DNA of 64,000 bases, taken from NCBI GenBank assembly GCA_027076325.1, contig JALTJZ010000059.1:13445-77444 (forward strand). The letters run 5' to 3'. This DNA is from Chromatiales bacterium (lineage in GTDB: Bacteria; Pseudomonadota; Gammaproteobacteria; UBA6429; Thiohalophilaceae). The notes under the pieces were generated by a model that was not told where the DNA came from, searched no databases, and saw nothing but the letters and a program-made list of their open reading frames with translations. The number at the start of each line of letters is the position of its first letter. Position 1 is the stretch's first letter. A program made the translations under genes and the position numbers. This document shows positions 20,527 to 29,656 of the stretch, piece after piece.

Positions 20527-21148
20527 CCCCACACATCCGGCAGCCTGTTTTACAGCCATGTTTCGCCTCGCTATTATGATTGTTTTATTTTTTACCCTTA
20601 GCGCAAACAGCCTCTACGCTGACAATAAACAAAGCGAAACAACATACTCTGTCAAAACGCCGGGTTTCAGTATTCAAAGCCTTGAAACACGGATGCAAGA
20701 TCGTGTTTATCTGTTAACCGCCAATTTTAATTATCATTTTTCCCGCGAAGCCATTGAAGCACTCGAACACGGTGTACCCCTACTTATTTTAGTGGATATC
20801 GAAATTCGCTCACCCCGCTGGTGGTGGAAAGATATAACCACCGCTGAACTGGAACAGGGCTACTTGCTACTATACCATGCGTTATCTGAAAGCTATGTTG
20901 TGCACAACCTGAACAGCGGCACACAAAATAACTTTGTCCGTCTGGATCATGCGCTCACTTTTTTGAGCAGCATCAAAAATCTCCCTATACTGGACGCAAA
21001 TTTACTCGACCCTAAGAAAGAATACTATTTACGAGTACGCACACATCTTGATATTGAATCATTACCCGCACCGATGCGTCCACTTGCTTATATCTCCAGT
21101 GACTGGCAACTATCCAGTGACTGGTACGAATGGCCATTGCAGAAATGA
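20492..21148 (+). CDS. DUF4390-like secreted protein preceding ntrY
   Basis: ORF with signal-like MFRLAIMIVLFFTLSANSLYA; rsmB-DUF4390-ntrY-ntrX order is known in Beta- and Gammaproteobacteria; start ambiguous (20492 has a GGGGA SD, 20558 gives a clean signal peptide); ATGA overlap with ntrY. Confidence 0.65.
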   Translation: MAFTIAYSRKNNPTHPAACFTAMFRLAIMIVLFFTLSANSLYADNKQSETTYSVKTPGFSIQSLETRMQDRVYLLTANFNYHFSREAIEALEHGVPLLILVDIEIRSPRWWWKDITTAELEQGYLLLYHALSESYVVHNLNSGTQNNFVRLDHALTFLSSIKNLPILDANLLDPKKEYYLRVRTHLDIESLPAPMRPLAYISSDWQLSSDWYEWPLQK

Positions 21149-23439
21149 AAAAACTGTTAAAAAAATTCTTTAATCGTTTATTTAGTGGTAGTGCGCCTAT
21201 TATTTCATTAATTGTATTGCTCATTGCTTCGCTTTATTTAATGAGTGGCGCAACCCACAACTCTGCACAATTTAGTCAACAGTTTTCTATTTTATTAGGT
21301 ATTAATGCACTGGCAACCATCTTACTGGTTGGCCTTATTACCAAAAACTTAATTACGCTGATTAAACAATACCGCCGTCGCCAGGTTGGCTCCCGGCTTA
21401 CAGCCAAACTGGTTATTATGTTTGTTATTTTATCGGTCACACCGGTCAGTGTTGTCTACTATTTTTCACTGGATTTTTTACAGCGTGGTATTGATAGCTG
21501 GTTTGATGTGCGCGTTGAAAAAGCCTTAAGTGACTCACTTGAGTTAAGTAAAGCATCGCTTGAAGAACGCATGAATAATTTAGTTACCGAGGTACAGCAA
21601 CAGGCAAATGAACTAGTGAATACAACTGACGAACTGGTCGCACTTAAATTAAATGAATTACGGCTCAATAGTAAAGCATCTGAATTAACTCTGTTCCATT
21701 ATAGTGGTCATATCATAGGTTCCAGTACCGCCAACACCAAACAACTGATTCCGTTTGGACTAAAAGAAAAAACCGTTATCAAAGCACGTAAAGGCGAATC
21801 AGATTTTGGCCTGATACCCTTTACCGATAAAAGCAACGGCATAAATAAAGGCAATATCCGCATTCGTATTGCTGCCCCTGTTGCCAGCCAGGATCCAGTT
21901 GCCGAAGGTCGGGTTCTGCAAGCGCTGTACCCTGTAACACCACGCATGAACAGCCTTGCCACAACCGTACAAACAGCATTTAGTGACTATAATGAACTTA
22001 CTTATTTGCGTAATCCACTTAAATACAGCTTTATTTTAACCTTATCGCTGGTATTAATGCTCAGTATTTTGTCGGCTATCTGGGCAGCTTTTTTCTATGC
22101 GCGCCATCTGGTTGCACCGGTTACTAATCTGGTTAAAGGCACACTGGCTGTTGCTAAAGGGGATTACACAATTCGCCTGCCACTGCCCGGCAATGATGAC
22201 CTGGGTAATCTGGTTCGCTCATTTAACGATATGATGCATCAACTCGCGATGGCACGTGAGTCTGCCGAGCTAAGCCAGCAACAACTTGAATCATCACACT
22301 CGTATTTACAGGGCGTGCTGGCTAACCTGACCTCGGGAGTCTTAACGCTGGATACACACCATAATCTAATCACTTCCAATATTACTGCCAGCCAGATATT
22401 AGGTGTTGACTTAACAAACTATATTGATAAAGAACTTGAAATTATTGTTGATGACCATACTTTTTTGTATTTATTTCTGGATGCCATTAAGCCCCACCTT
22501 GAACACAGTGATAAACAGTGGACAGAAGAAATTACCTTATTCGCAAAAGAAGGACGCCAGGTAATTATGTGCCGTGGCACCACTTTACCCGATGGTGGTT
22601 TTGTTATTGTCTTTGACGACATTACCCAATCATTGCAATCGCAACGTAATGCTGCATGGGGGGAAGTTGCACGCCGGCTGGCTCATGAAATAAAAAACCC
22701 GCTCACACCCATTCAGCTTTCCGCCGAAAGACTAAGACATAAATACCTTGATACCATGCCGGAAAAAGATGCCGAAGTACTGGATCGTTCAACCCATACC
22801 ATTGTGCAGCAAGTTGAAACCTTAAAGCAAATGGTCAAAGCATTTTCTGACTATGCTCGTATGCCCGCAGTTGAACTAAAAACCGTTGACTTAAACTCTT
22901 TAATTAATGAAGTGCTCGATCTTTATCAAGACACAAAAACAAATATACAAATATATACTCAACTGGATAACACGATGCCACATATTGAAGCCGATGTTAA
23001 TCGTATGCGCCAGTTGCTTACCAATTTAATTAAAAATGCACTGGAAGCCATGGAGGAACAAACAGAAGGCGAGCTGAATATCGTAACCGAGTGTGCTAAA
23101 AAAGCAGCCTGCCATTATGTAGAATTAAGAATTAAAGACACCGGCCCCGGTATCCCGCACGATATGTTTAGCACATTATTTGAGCCCTATATTACCAGCA
23201 AACCCAAAGGCAGCGGCTTAGGGCTGGCGATTGTGAAAAAAATAGTTGAGGAACATGGTGGCGTCTTATGGGCTCAAAATAATCAGTCACCTGTTCATTC
23301 AGATACCAATGATACTTTATCTGGCGCAACCATCTTTATTCGTTTACCGGTTATCAGTATTAAAAATAAAAACTCAGCTAATACACCTGCAACGCAACTA
23401 GATTCACTGAACAAAGGAAACAACAATGCCGCAGCATAA
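21145..23439 (+). CDS. ntrY: NtrY-like sensor histidine kinase (multi-TM, HAMP, PAS, HisKA, HATPase_c)
   Basis: N-terminal TM cluster; HAMP (VAPVTNLVKGTLAVAKGDYTIRL...NDMMHQL); PAS; H-box RLAHEIKNPLTPIQLSAERL; N/G boxes; ATG at 21145 overlaps the upstream stop. Confidence 0.85.
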   Translation: MKKLLKKFFNRLFSGSAPIISLIVLLIASLYLMSGATHNSAQFSQQFSILLGINALATILLVGLITKNLITLIKQYRRRQVGSRLTAKLVIMFVILSVTPVSVVYYFSLDFLQRGIDSWFDVRVEKALSDSLELSKASLEERMNNLVTEVQQQANELVNTTDELVALKLNELRLNSKASELTLFHYSGHIIGSSTANTKQLIPFGLKEKTVIKARKGESDFGLIPFTDKSNGINKGNIRIRIAAPVASQDPVAEGRVLQALYPVTPRMNSLATTVQTAFSDYNELTYLRNPLKYSFILTLSLVLMLSILSAIWAAFFYARHLVAPVTNLVKGTLAVAKGDYTIRLPLPGNDDLGNLVRSFNDMMHQLAMARESAELSQQQLESSHSYLQGVLANLTSGVLTLDTHHNLITSNITASQILGVDLTNYIDKELEIIVDDHTFLYLFLDAIKPHLEHSDKQWTEEITLFAKEGRQVIMCRGTTLPDGGFVIVFDDITQSLQSQRNAAWGEVARRLAHEIKNPLTPIQLSAERLRHKYLDTMPEKDAEVLDRSTHTIVQQVETLKQMVKAFSDYARMPAVELKTVDLNSLINEVLDLYQDTKTNIQIYTQLDNTMPHIEADVNRMRQLLTNLIKNALEAMEEQTEGELNIVTECAKKAACHYVELRIKDTGPGIPHDMFSTLFEPYITSKPKGSGLGLAIVKKIVEEHGGVLWAQNNQSPVHSDTNDTLSGATIFIRLPVISIKNKNSANTPATQLDSLNKGNNNAAA

Positions 23440-24841
23440 ACCCACCTCACCCGAAGCCAGTAACCTGGCAAAAGGTGCCCCGTATATTCTGGTGGTTGAC
23501 GATGAACCGGACATTCGCAATCTGGTGCGAGAAATTCTTGAAGACGAGGGTTATGAAGTCGCCGTCGCAGAAAATGGCTCCGATGCGCGTGACTCACAAC
23601 GTGCACGCCGCCCTGATCTGGTATTGCTTGATATCTGGATGCCCGATGTTGATGGCATTACATTATTAAAGGAATGGTCAAAAGAAGACGGTGGCTTATC
23701 GATACCGGTTATTATGATGTCTGGACACGGTACAGTCGAAACGGCAGTTGAAGCAACCCGACTGGGGGCATATGATTTTATCGAAAAACCTTTATCACTT
23801 GCCAAGCTGTTACTGACCATTGAGCATGCACTGGAAGCCGACAAACTGCAACGTGAAAATCAGGGCTTTAGAAAGCGCGGCCAGCTTGATATAGAGCTGC
23901 TTGGTAAAAGTGCCACCATGCAGCGCTTTCGTGAAAATGTTAAACGCATCGCCGAGCATGACACCTGGATACTGCTAAGTGGCGAACCCGGCACAGAACT
24001 CGAAATAACTGCACAATATCTACATCAGCATAGTCGCCGTAAAGATCGCCCGTTTATTGATGTTAATGTCGCAACACTATCACCCGACAATGCAGCCAAA
24101 GAATTATTTGGTAGCGAGGTAAATGGTAAAATCACTTACGGCTTACTCGAACAAGCCAGTGGTGGCACACTGTATCTTCACGATATGAGCGATATGGATC
24201 TGGAATCACAAGCCAAATTCTTCTCTGCACTTGAAAAAAAATCCTTTGTACGGATCGGTGGCAATGAATCCGTTGCCATTCATATTCGCATCATTGCAGC
24301 CACTCACCGTAACCTGCAAAAACTGGTCGAAGATGGCCACTTCCGCGAAGACTTATACTATCAACTCAATGTTGTGCCCGTGAATGTGCCCCCCCTTCGC
24401 GAGCACCATGAAGATGTACCCGAACTATTAAACCACTACATCGACCTTTTTGTTGAGCACGACAACCTGCCTTACCGTAAATTTTCAATGGCCGCACAAA
24501 ACAAACTGCGCAACCACAACTGGCCGGGAAATATTCGTGAATTAAAAAATATGGTGCAGCGATTACTTATTGTTGGCGCCGGGACAGAAATTGATGTTAA
24601 CGAAATTAATAATGCACTCGGACAAATAAAAACAACCCATAGTAGTGCATTACAATCAGGCTTTGAGCTACCTTTGCGAGAAGCACGTGAACAGTTTGAA
24701 CGCAACTACATTATTCACCAGTTAAAAATAGCCAATGGTAGCGTTGGCAAGGCGGCTAAAACCATCGGCCTGGAACGTACCCATTTATATCGCAAACTAC
24801 GCTCACTAGAAATTGATCCTAAACATTTAGATGATGACTAA
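23426..24841 (+). CDS. ntrX: NtrX-like response regulator (REC, degenerate AAA+ domain, Fis-type HTH)
   Basis: REC (ILVVDDEPDIRNL, LVLLDIWMPDVDG); central domain has GEPGTELE in place of Walker A GxxGxGKE and no GAFTGA; C-terminal HTH (GSVGKAAKTIGLERTHLYRKLR). Confidence 0.85.
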   Translation: MPQHKPTSPEASNLAKGAPYILVVDDEPDIRNLVREILEDEGYEVAVAENGSDARDSQRARRPDLVLLDIWMPDVDGITLLKEWSKEDGGLSIPVIMMSGHGTVETAVEATRLGAYDFIEKPLSLAKLLLTIEHALEADKLQRENQGFRKRGQLDIELLGKSATMQRFRENVKRIAEHDTWILLSGEPGTELEITAQYLHQHSRRKDRPFIDVNVATLSPDNAAKELFGSEVNGKITYGLLEQASGGTLYLHDMSDMDLESQAKFFSALEKKSFVRIGGNESVAIHIRIIAATHRNLQKLVEDGHFREDLYYQLNVVPVNVPPLREHHEDVPELLNHYIDLFVEHDNLPYRKFSMAAQNKLRNHNWPGNIRELKNMVQRLLIVGAGTEIDVNEINNALGQIKTTHSSALQSGFELPLREAREQFERNYIIHQLKIANGSVGKAAKTIGLERTHLYRKLRSLEIDPKHLDDD

Positions 24842-24973
24842 ATAAGCTGCAAGCCATTACTGTTTTCACTTTTAGTATTAATGGAGCTACAGAAAAAAGA
24901 CTTTAGCTATATTAGTGAATAATTTGGGTCAGTAAAAACCAAAATAATGCGGGTTGCATAATTTCATTTAGTT

Positions 24974-25312
24974 CTATTTTAATAAAACCTTCATGGCAGG
25001 GCAGTCCCAGGTACGTCTTAATTTAGATTCTGCAGCTTGACGAAACAGCGGGTAGCGTTCTGAGGGTGAAAGCCCAAAAATAGCATCATGTACAGAAACC
25101 GCTTCTTGATAATTAACCCTGTTTTTTATATTTGTAAAAACATACTCACTTAATTCATCACGAGATCGCGCCAAACTGCTATTTTTTGCTTCCACATAAA
25201 TAGTACAGATTTCATCAAAACCATTATTTTGTTCTGAGCAGGCCAACACAACATAAAGCGACAGTAAAAAAAATGTGGGGATTTTCAGGTATCGCGGTTG
25301 CATGGCATTCAT
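24974..25312 (-). CDS. hypothetical small lipoprotein
   Basis: 112-aa ORF; signal plus lipobox-like VVLACS; two further Cys; no family recognised. Confidence 0.5.
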   Translation of the reverse strand: MNAMQPRYLKIPTFFLLSLYVVLACSEQNNGFDEICTIYVEAKNSSLARSRDELSEYVFTNIKNRVNYQEAVSVHDAIFGLSPSERYPLFRQAAESKLRRTWDCPAMKVLLK

Positions 25313-25599
25313 CCTTGTTATATTTTAAAGGAAGTATGGAGAAAGACAGCTAAATCTATTATACAAGAACTGAGAAAAATAGCGCCGGATAAAAAAGCTG
25401 GCAATATTGTAAAAATAGTATTTCGAGCTATTGCAGATAACAATCAGCAAAAATTGTGCATGTTAATATTAAAAGGCTATGAGAATGAATTTTCGTATAT
25501 TGAAAAACCTATTTGGAAGCATCGATATAACATATTGTACCCGTCATAGTGGCCTGCACCTGAAATAACAAAATCAATCGTGTCAGAGTAAAAACTATT

Positions 25600-26805
25600 T
25601 TAATCAACCGCTTTCAATTTACTGATGCGTGGCAGCAAGCGAAAATCGGCCAGTGCGGCCAGCAAGGCATCCATCACACTCGCATCATCATAAACCATAC
25701 GATAATATTCAAACCGCATTGTTAAACCACTGCCAATAATAAAAGATGCGAACGCAATCAATGAGCCCAGTGCCAGTGTTGAGAAGCCGGTAATACCTTG
25801 CCCAAAAGTGCAACCCATCGCCAGCACACCACCAATGCCCATTAGCGATGCACCAATAAAGTAACGGATAAAATCTTTTATCGAACTAAACCATTCGAGC
25901 CGCAGGTTGCCGGTAAATAAACCATACAAAAAAGAACCAACAATCACACCCACAAGGATCGCCACGCCAAAAGTAATCAGTGACACTTCTAAAGGATGCA
26001 CAAGGTAATACAGTGTTTCACCCATGGGGTTAACAAAAGTAAACGACATGGCGCCCACACCCGGTGGCGGCGAGTCCATAAAGCTGGCCGCTTCAACCGC
26101 GGCCTGTCCCAATGGACCGGCGGTAACGTACCAGCCGGCAACAACAATTAAACCAACAATAGAGCCACCTAACAGGTTATCGAAGCGACTGCGAAAATCC
26201 ACCGAACGAAATATAAAGTACAACAAAGTCAGGATAATTAAACCGGCCGACAAGGGATGGAACCAACCACTATCGGCAACGCCAAACAGGCTGCCCAACA
26301 GTGTTGTTATCTGTTGGCTATCAATATCATAACGCTGTAAATTAATGGTGAGGGGCTCCATCCAGACATGAAAGCCGTAATGGTAGAAGTCTGTCTTGGT
26401 CATCAAAAAAGCAAAAATGCCACCGATAAATAAAACAAACAACGACTTCATATTACCACCACCAATACGGATGAGTGTTTTATTCACACAGCCCCCCGCC
26501 AGCGTCATGCCGACACCAAAAATAAGCCCGCCTAACAAATAACGTATCCAGGCAAAGTTCGCGGTACGGTACGGTGGCATGGTCATACCAAGACTGATAA
26601 CACCAAACTGCTCAAGCAACAACACGCCGGCCATGGCAACCGCTATCGCCAGAAGCCAGGCATACATACGCCCCATGTCTTTCATATTAACCCAGTCGGA
26701 AATCGCACCCATGGTGCAGAAATTGGTTTTGTGAACCACGATACCCAGAACAACGGCCAGACTAAAACCTGACAATATGACATACCATATCGATGCGCTT
26801 TCCAT
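25600..26805 (-). CDS. YeeE/YedE-family sulfur-compound (thiosulfate-type) transporter
   Basis: 401-aa polytopic ORF; three Cys-bearing family motifs (KTNFCTMGAISDW, LAGGCVNKTL, LAMGCTFGQGITG). Confidence 0.88.
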   Translation of the reverse strand: MESASIWYVILSGFSLAVVLGIVVHKTNFCTMGAISDWVNMKDMGRMYAWLLAIAVAMAGVLLLEQFGVISLGMTMPPYRTANFAWIRYLLGGLIFGVGMTLAGGCVNKTLIRIGGGNMKSLFVLFIGGIFAFLMTKTDFYHYGFHVWMEPLTINLQRYDIDSQQITTLLGSLFGVADSGWFHPLSAGLIILTLLYFIFRSVDFRSRFDNLLGGSIVGLIVVAGWYVTAGPLGQAAVEAASFMDSPPPGVGAMSFTFVNPMGETLYYLVHPLEVSLITFGVAILVGVIVGSFLYGLFTGNLRLEWFSSIKDFIRYFIGASLMGIGGVLAMGCTFGQGITGFSTLALGSLIAFASFIIGSGLTMRFEYYRMVYDDASVMDALLAALADFRLLPRISKLKAVD

Positions 26806-26885
26806 TGGCTTCTCCCATGCAGTATTCGTTGTATTTTTTAATTTTTAGGCTTAATACCAACGTTTGCCTTTATTTATAGCTTAGA

Positions 26886-26917
26886 ACCTGTGTGCAGCTC
26901 ACAGGTCAAGTTTTTTT
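26886..26917. other. intercistronic hairpin plus T7 run between the rhodanese and yeeE genes
   Basis: acctgtg (26886-26892) pairs with cacaggt (26900-26906) around a 7-nt loop; ttttttt at 26911-26917 on the + strand (A-run on the coding strand of the flanking genes). Confidence 0.35.
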
Positions 26918-26933
26918 AACTTAAAAGATTTCT

Positions 26934-27842
26934 TTATTTGCCGGGCTGGCGGAGATTTGTCTTTTCTAACGGGAGTCGCCGCGTATTCCAGCGTCTTAAT
27001 GCGGCATCGTCTACACGCAGATTACGAAAGCCAGCCGCATAGAACATGACATAATTAAAGGCCGAACCGGTGCCGCCCAGACAGGTCAGCAGAATAGGTC
27101 GGTCGGGATCGATTTTCATCCGAGCAAGCAACCTGGGTATTTTTGGCGCTTTGGCATACCAGCGCCCCTCTTTCGTTTTGCGCATATAGTCCTGCCAGGG
27201 TTGGCTCACACTACCGGGAATGCGCCCGTAACGCGGGTTGGCTGCAAACTTGGTAAGTCCTTTAAAGTGGGTGGCCGGGCGACCATCCACCAGTAAATAA
27301 TGTTTGCGTATATTATTCAGTTCGTCTGTGCCAATTTCCAGTGCAAGAATAGGGCGTGCAACGAAGTTACCGGTTTGAACGGTTTTACTGCTCTGCTCTA
27401 CCGTGCCTGACACCGCCAGCCAGCCATGCCAACCTTCATCGAGCAGGCCAACATTGGTATGGCCGAGCAAATGAAACAACCAATATAGATAAACCGCACC
27501 TAAAATTTCATCCGTATTGTTCCCCTTGTAATAAATCACCACGCCGTCGTTATTGTTAATACCCAGCTTGCGAATTTTGTCGGCCAGTGTATTAACCGGC
27601 AAGCGCACCAGTGATCCATCACTGTCTTCATAGCGCCAGGCACTTTTATTAGTAACCACACTGCCCGGGATATGGCCGTTAAAAGTAAAATCCACCTTGT
27701 CGGACACTTCAATAATGGCCAGCCCGGGTTGGTTGATATTCTTTTTTAGCCATTGAGCGCTGACACTCGGTGGCACGGATAGCGCAAAACTTTTACCTAA
27801 AACAAACAGACAAACAGTCACGAGCATCAACTGATATTTCAT
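26934..27842 (-). CDS. secreted tandem-rhodanese sulfurtransferase (thiosulfate sulfurtransferase-like)
   Basis: Start at ATG 27842 with a strong AGGAGG SD 5 nt upstream; signal peptide MKYQLMLVTVCLFVLGKSFA; two rhodanese-like halves, the second with active-site loop TCLGGTGS. Confidence 0.85.
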   Translation of the reverse strand: MKYQLMLVTVCLFVLGKSFALSVPPSVSAQWLKKNINQPGLAIIEVSDKVDFTFNGHIPGSVVTNKSAWRYEDSDGSLVRLPVNTLADKIRKLGINNNDGVVIYYKGNNTDEILGAVYLYWLFHLLGHTNVGLLDEGWHGWLAVSGTVEQSSKTVQTGNFVARPILALEIGTDELNNIRKHYLLVDGRPATHFKGLTKFAANPRYGRIPGSVSQPWQDYMRKTKEGRWYAKAPKIPRLLARMKIDPDRPILLTCLGGTGSAFNYVMFYAAGFRNLRVDDAALRRWNTRRLPLEKTNLRQPGK

Positions 27843-28057
27843 ACAACCTCCTGTAAAACAGCTATCATAAGGTATAACGGCGTGAGAAAGAAAAGTCAAA
27901 CGCCTGTCTGCTCTGCCACAGCAATAAACATCAATAGTAGGAATTAAGTGCCCTGACCTACCTATTAATTTGCTAAACTAAAAACAAACGCCAGGGCAAA
28001 ACGTGTTTCCCCTGGTTTGTATCCACTTAAATATGTAGAAATTACAAGGTTTTAAGT

Positions 28058-29545
28058 TTGGCAACACACGACATTATTTTTATCAACCCCCCCTATGAAC
28101 GCATTGCAGCGGGCTACGAGTTTGTTAAACATATTACCAACAACTCCCCCTCTCTGGGCTTATTGCATTTAGCCGCCGAAGTACGGCAACATGGGTTTAA
28201 CCCGTCCATTATCGAAAGTGATATTTTTAACCTGACGGTTAAGCAAGTGGCAGAACAGGTTATTCGGCAAAAGCCAAAATATGTTGGTATTACCTTGTTT
28301 ACCGTTGGTGTATGGGGTGCAGCCGAAATTGCAAAACATATAAAAGAAGCCTTGCCGGAAACCATTGTTATTGTTGGCGGGCCGCATATTTCCTCTATGG
28401 GCACCGAAACCATCGCACGGTTTAAACAATTTGATTATGCAGTCGATGGTGAAGGCGAAAAAGTCCTGACCGAACTACTCGAAGCACTCGAAAACGGTAC
28501 TGATTTATTCAAGGTGCCTGGCCTGATCTACCGTGATGAGTTTATGCTGCGCAAAACACCGGGCAAACCCATCAACCGAGTACTCGACGAGCTGCCCTTT
28601 CCCGCCTGGGACTTATTGCCGGATTTTCCAAAAGCCTACAAGCCCGCTATTTATGACTTCCCGCGTGGCCCGGCAGCCACCATTGCTGCTTCTCGAGGCT
28701 GCCCGTTTCATTGTAAATTTTGTGACACCTCGACTTTTGGTTCTAGCGTTAGACACTATTCACCAGAAGTTGTATTTAAAATGATGAAGCACCTCCATGA
28801 AAAATACGGTGTAAAACATATTGCCTTTGTTGACGACTTATTTCTTGCCAGCAAAGTACGGGTAAAAGAACTTTGTGAAATGATTCTTGAAGACGGCTTA
28901 AAAATGAGCTGGAGCTGCACTGCACGGGTCGATACCGTTAAACCCGATATTCTCGGTTTAATGAAAAAGGCTGGCTGTTGGGAAATCAGCTTTGGTCTGG
29001 AAACCGGTTCAAATGATTTATTAAAGAAGATGGACAAAAAAGCCGAAGTTGAAAAATCTGAGCAGGCCGTCAAATGGACAGCCGCCGCAGGCATTCGTAC
29101 CAAAGGTTTATTTATGCTCGGTTTTCCAGGTGAAGATGAACATACCATTCAACAAACCAAAGATTTTATTCGCAAAATCCCGATGACGATTATGAACCTG
29201 ACCAAGTTCACCCCTTATCCCGGCTCACCCATTTACCGTGACATTTACGGTACCAATATTCGCGATGACCACTGGGAAAAAATGAACGGGATGAATTTTG
29301 TCTGGGCACCGGAAGGCATATCAGTAAAAGATCTCGATCAGCATTATCAACAAATACTCAAAGCATTTTATAAGCGCCCGCAAATTGGCCATTACTACCT
29401 TAAGCTCACCTTGCAATACCCAAACCATTTTATGCGCTTGCTTCGCTTTGGAATCGGCTTTGCCAATGCCAAACTGGCGAGTATGTTAAAAGGCCGAGGT
29501 GGTTTACTGGTAAAAGAAGCACCACATCTTGATCATACTGATTAA
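28058..29545 (+). CDS. B12-binding-domain radical SAM enzyme (class B), function unknown
   Basis: 495-aa ORF with TTG start and an AAGG SD 8 nt upstream; N-terminal cobalamin-binding-like Rossmann region; radical SAM cluster motif SRGCPFHCKFCDT. Confidence 0.88.
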   Translation: MATHDIIFINPPYERIAAGYEFVKHITNNSPSLGLLHLAAEVRQHGFNPSIIESDIFNLTVKQVAEQVIRQKPKYVGITLFTVGVWGAAEIAKHIKEALPETIVIVGGPHISSMGTETIARFKQFDYAVDGEGEKVLTELLEALENGTDLFKVPGLIYRDEFMLRKTPGKPINRVLDELPFPAWDLLPDFPKAYKPAIYDFPRGPAATIAASRGCPFHCKFCDTSTFGSSVRHYSPEVVFKMMKHLHEKYGVKHIAFVDDLFLASKVRVKELCEMILEDGLKMSWSCTARVDTVKPDILGLMKKAGCWEISFGLETGSNDLLKKMDKKAEVEKSEQAVKWTAAAGIRTKGLFMLGFPGEDEHTIQQTKDFIRKIPMTIMNLTKFTPYPGSPIYRDIYGTNIRDDHWEKMNGMNFVWAPEGISVKDLDQHYQQILKAFYKRPQIGHYYLKLTLQYPNHFMRLLRFGIGFANAKLASMLKGRGGLLVKEAPHLDHTD

Positions 29546-29656
29546 CAAAATCCAGCCACTGTCATCCAATAATATAAAGCATTGTAATACTGCCACTAAC
29601 CGCTACAATACGCTTAAAAGAACAATTAAAGAGTCGCCAAACGGCTTCATGAAACT

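Noticed and set aside
25298-25549. 83-aa + strand ORF in the spacer upstream of the small lipoprotein gene
   Set aside because: Its ATG overlaps the divergent lipoprotein start by 15 nt. There is no SD, no recognisable motif and very AT-rich sequence, so support for a gene call is insufficient.
28058-28072. Identical N-terminal pentapeptide MATHD in the radical SAM protein (28058) and in the HPt fragment (59458)
   Set aside because: Similarity stops after five residues, and the nucleotide sequences differ (TTG versus ATG start and different codons). It is a coincidence, not a repeat.
27900-29656. Search for a RiPP-style precursor peptide next to the B12 radical SAM gene
   Set aside because: Neither flank contains an ATG-, GTG- or TTG-initiated frame longer than a few codons, so a peptide-modification cluster is not supported.
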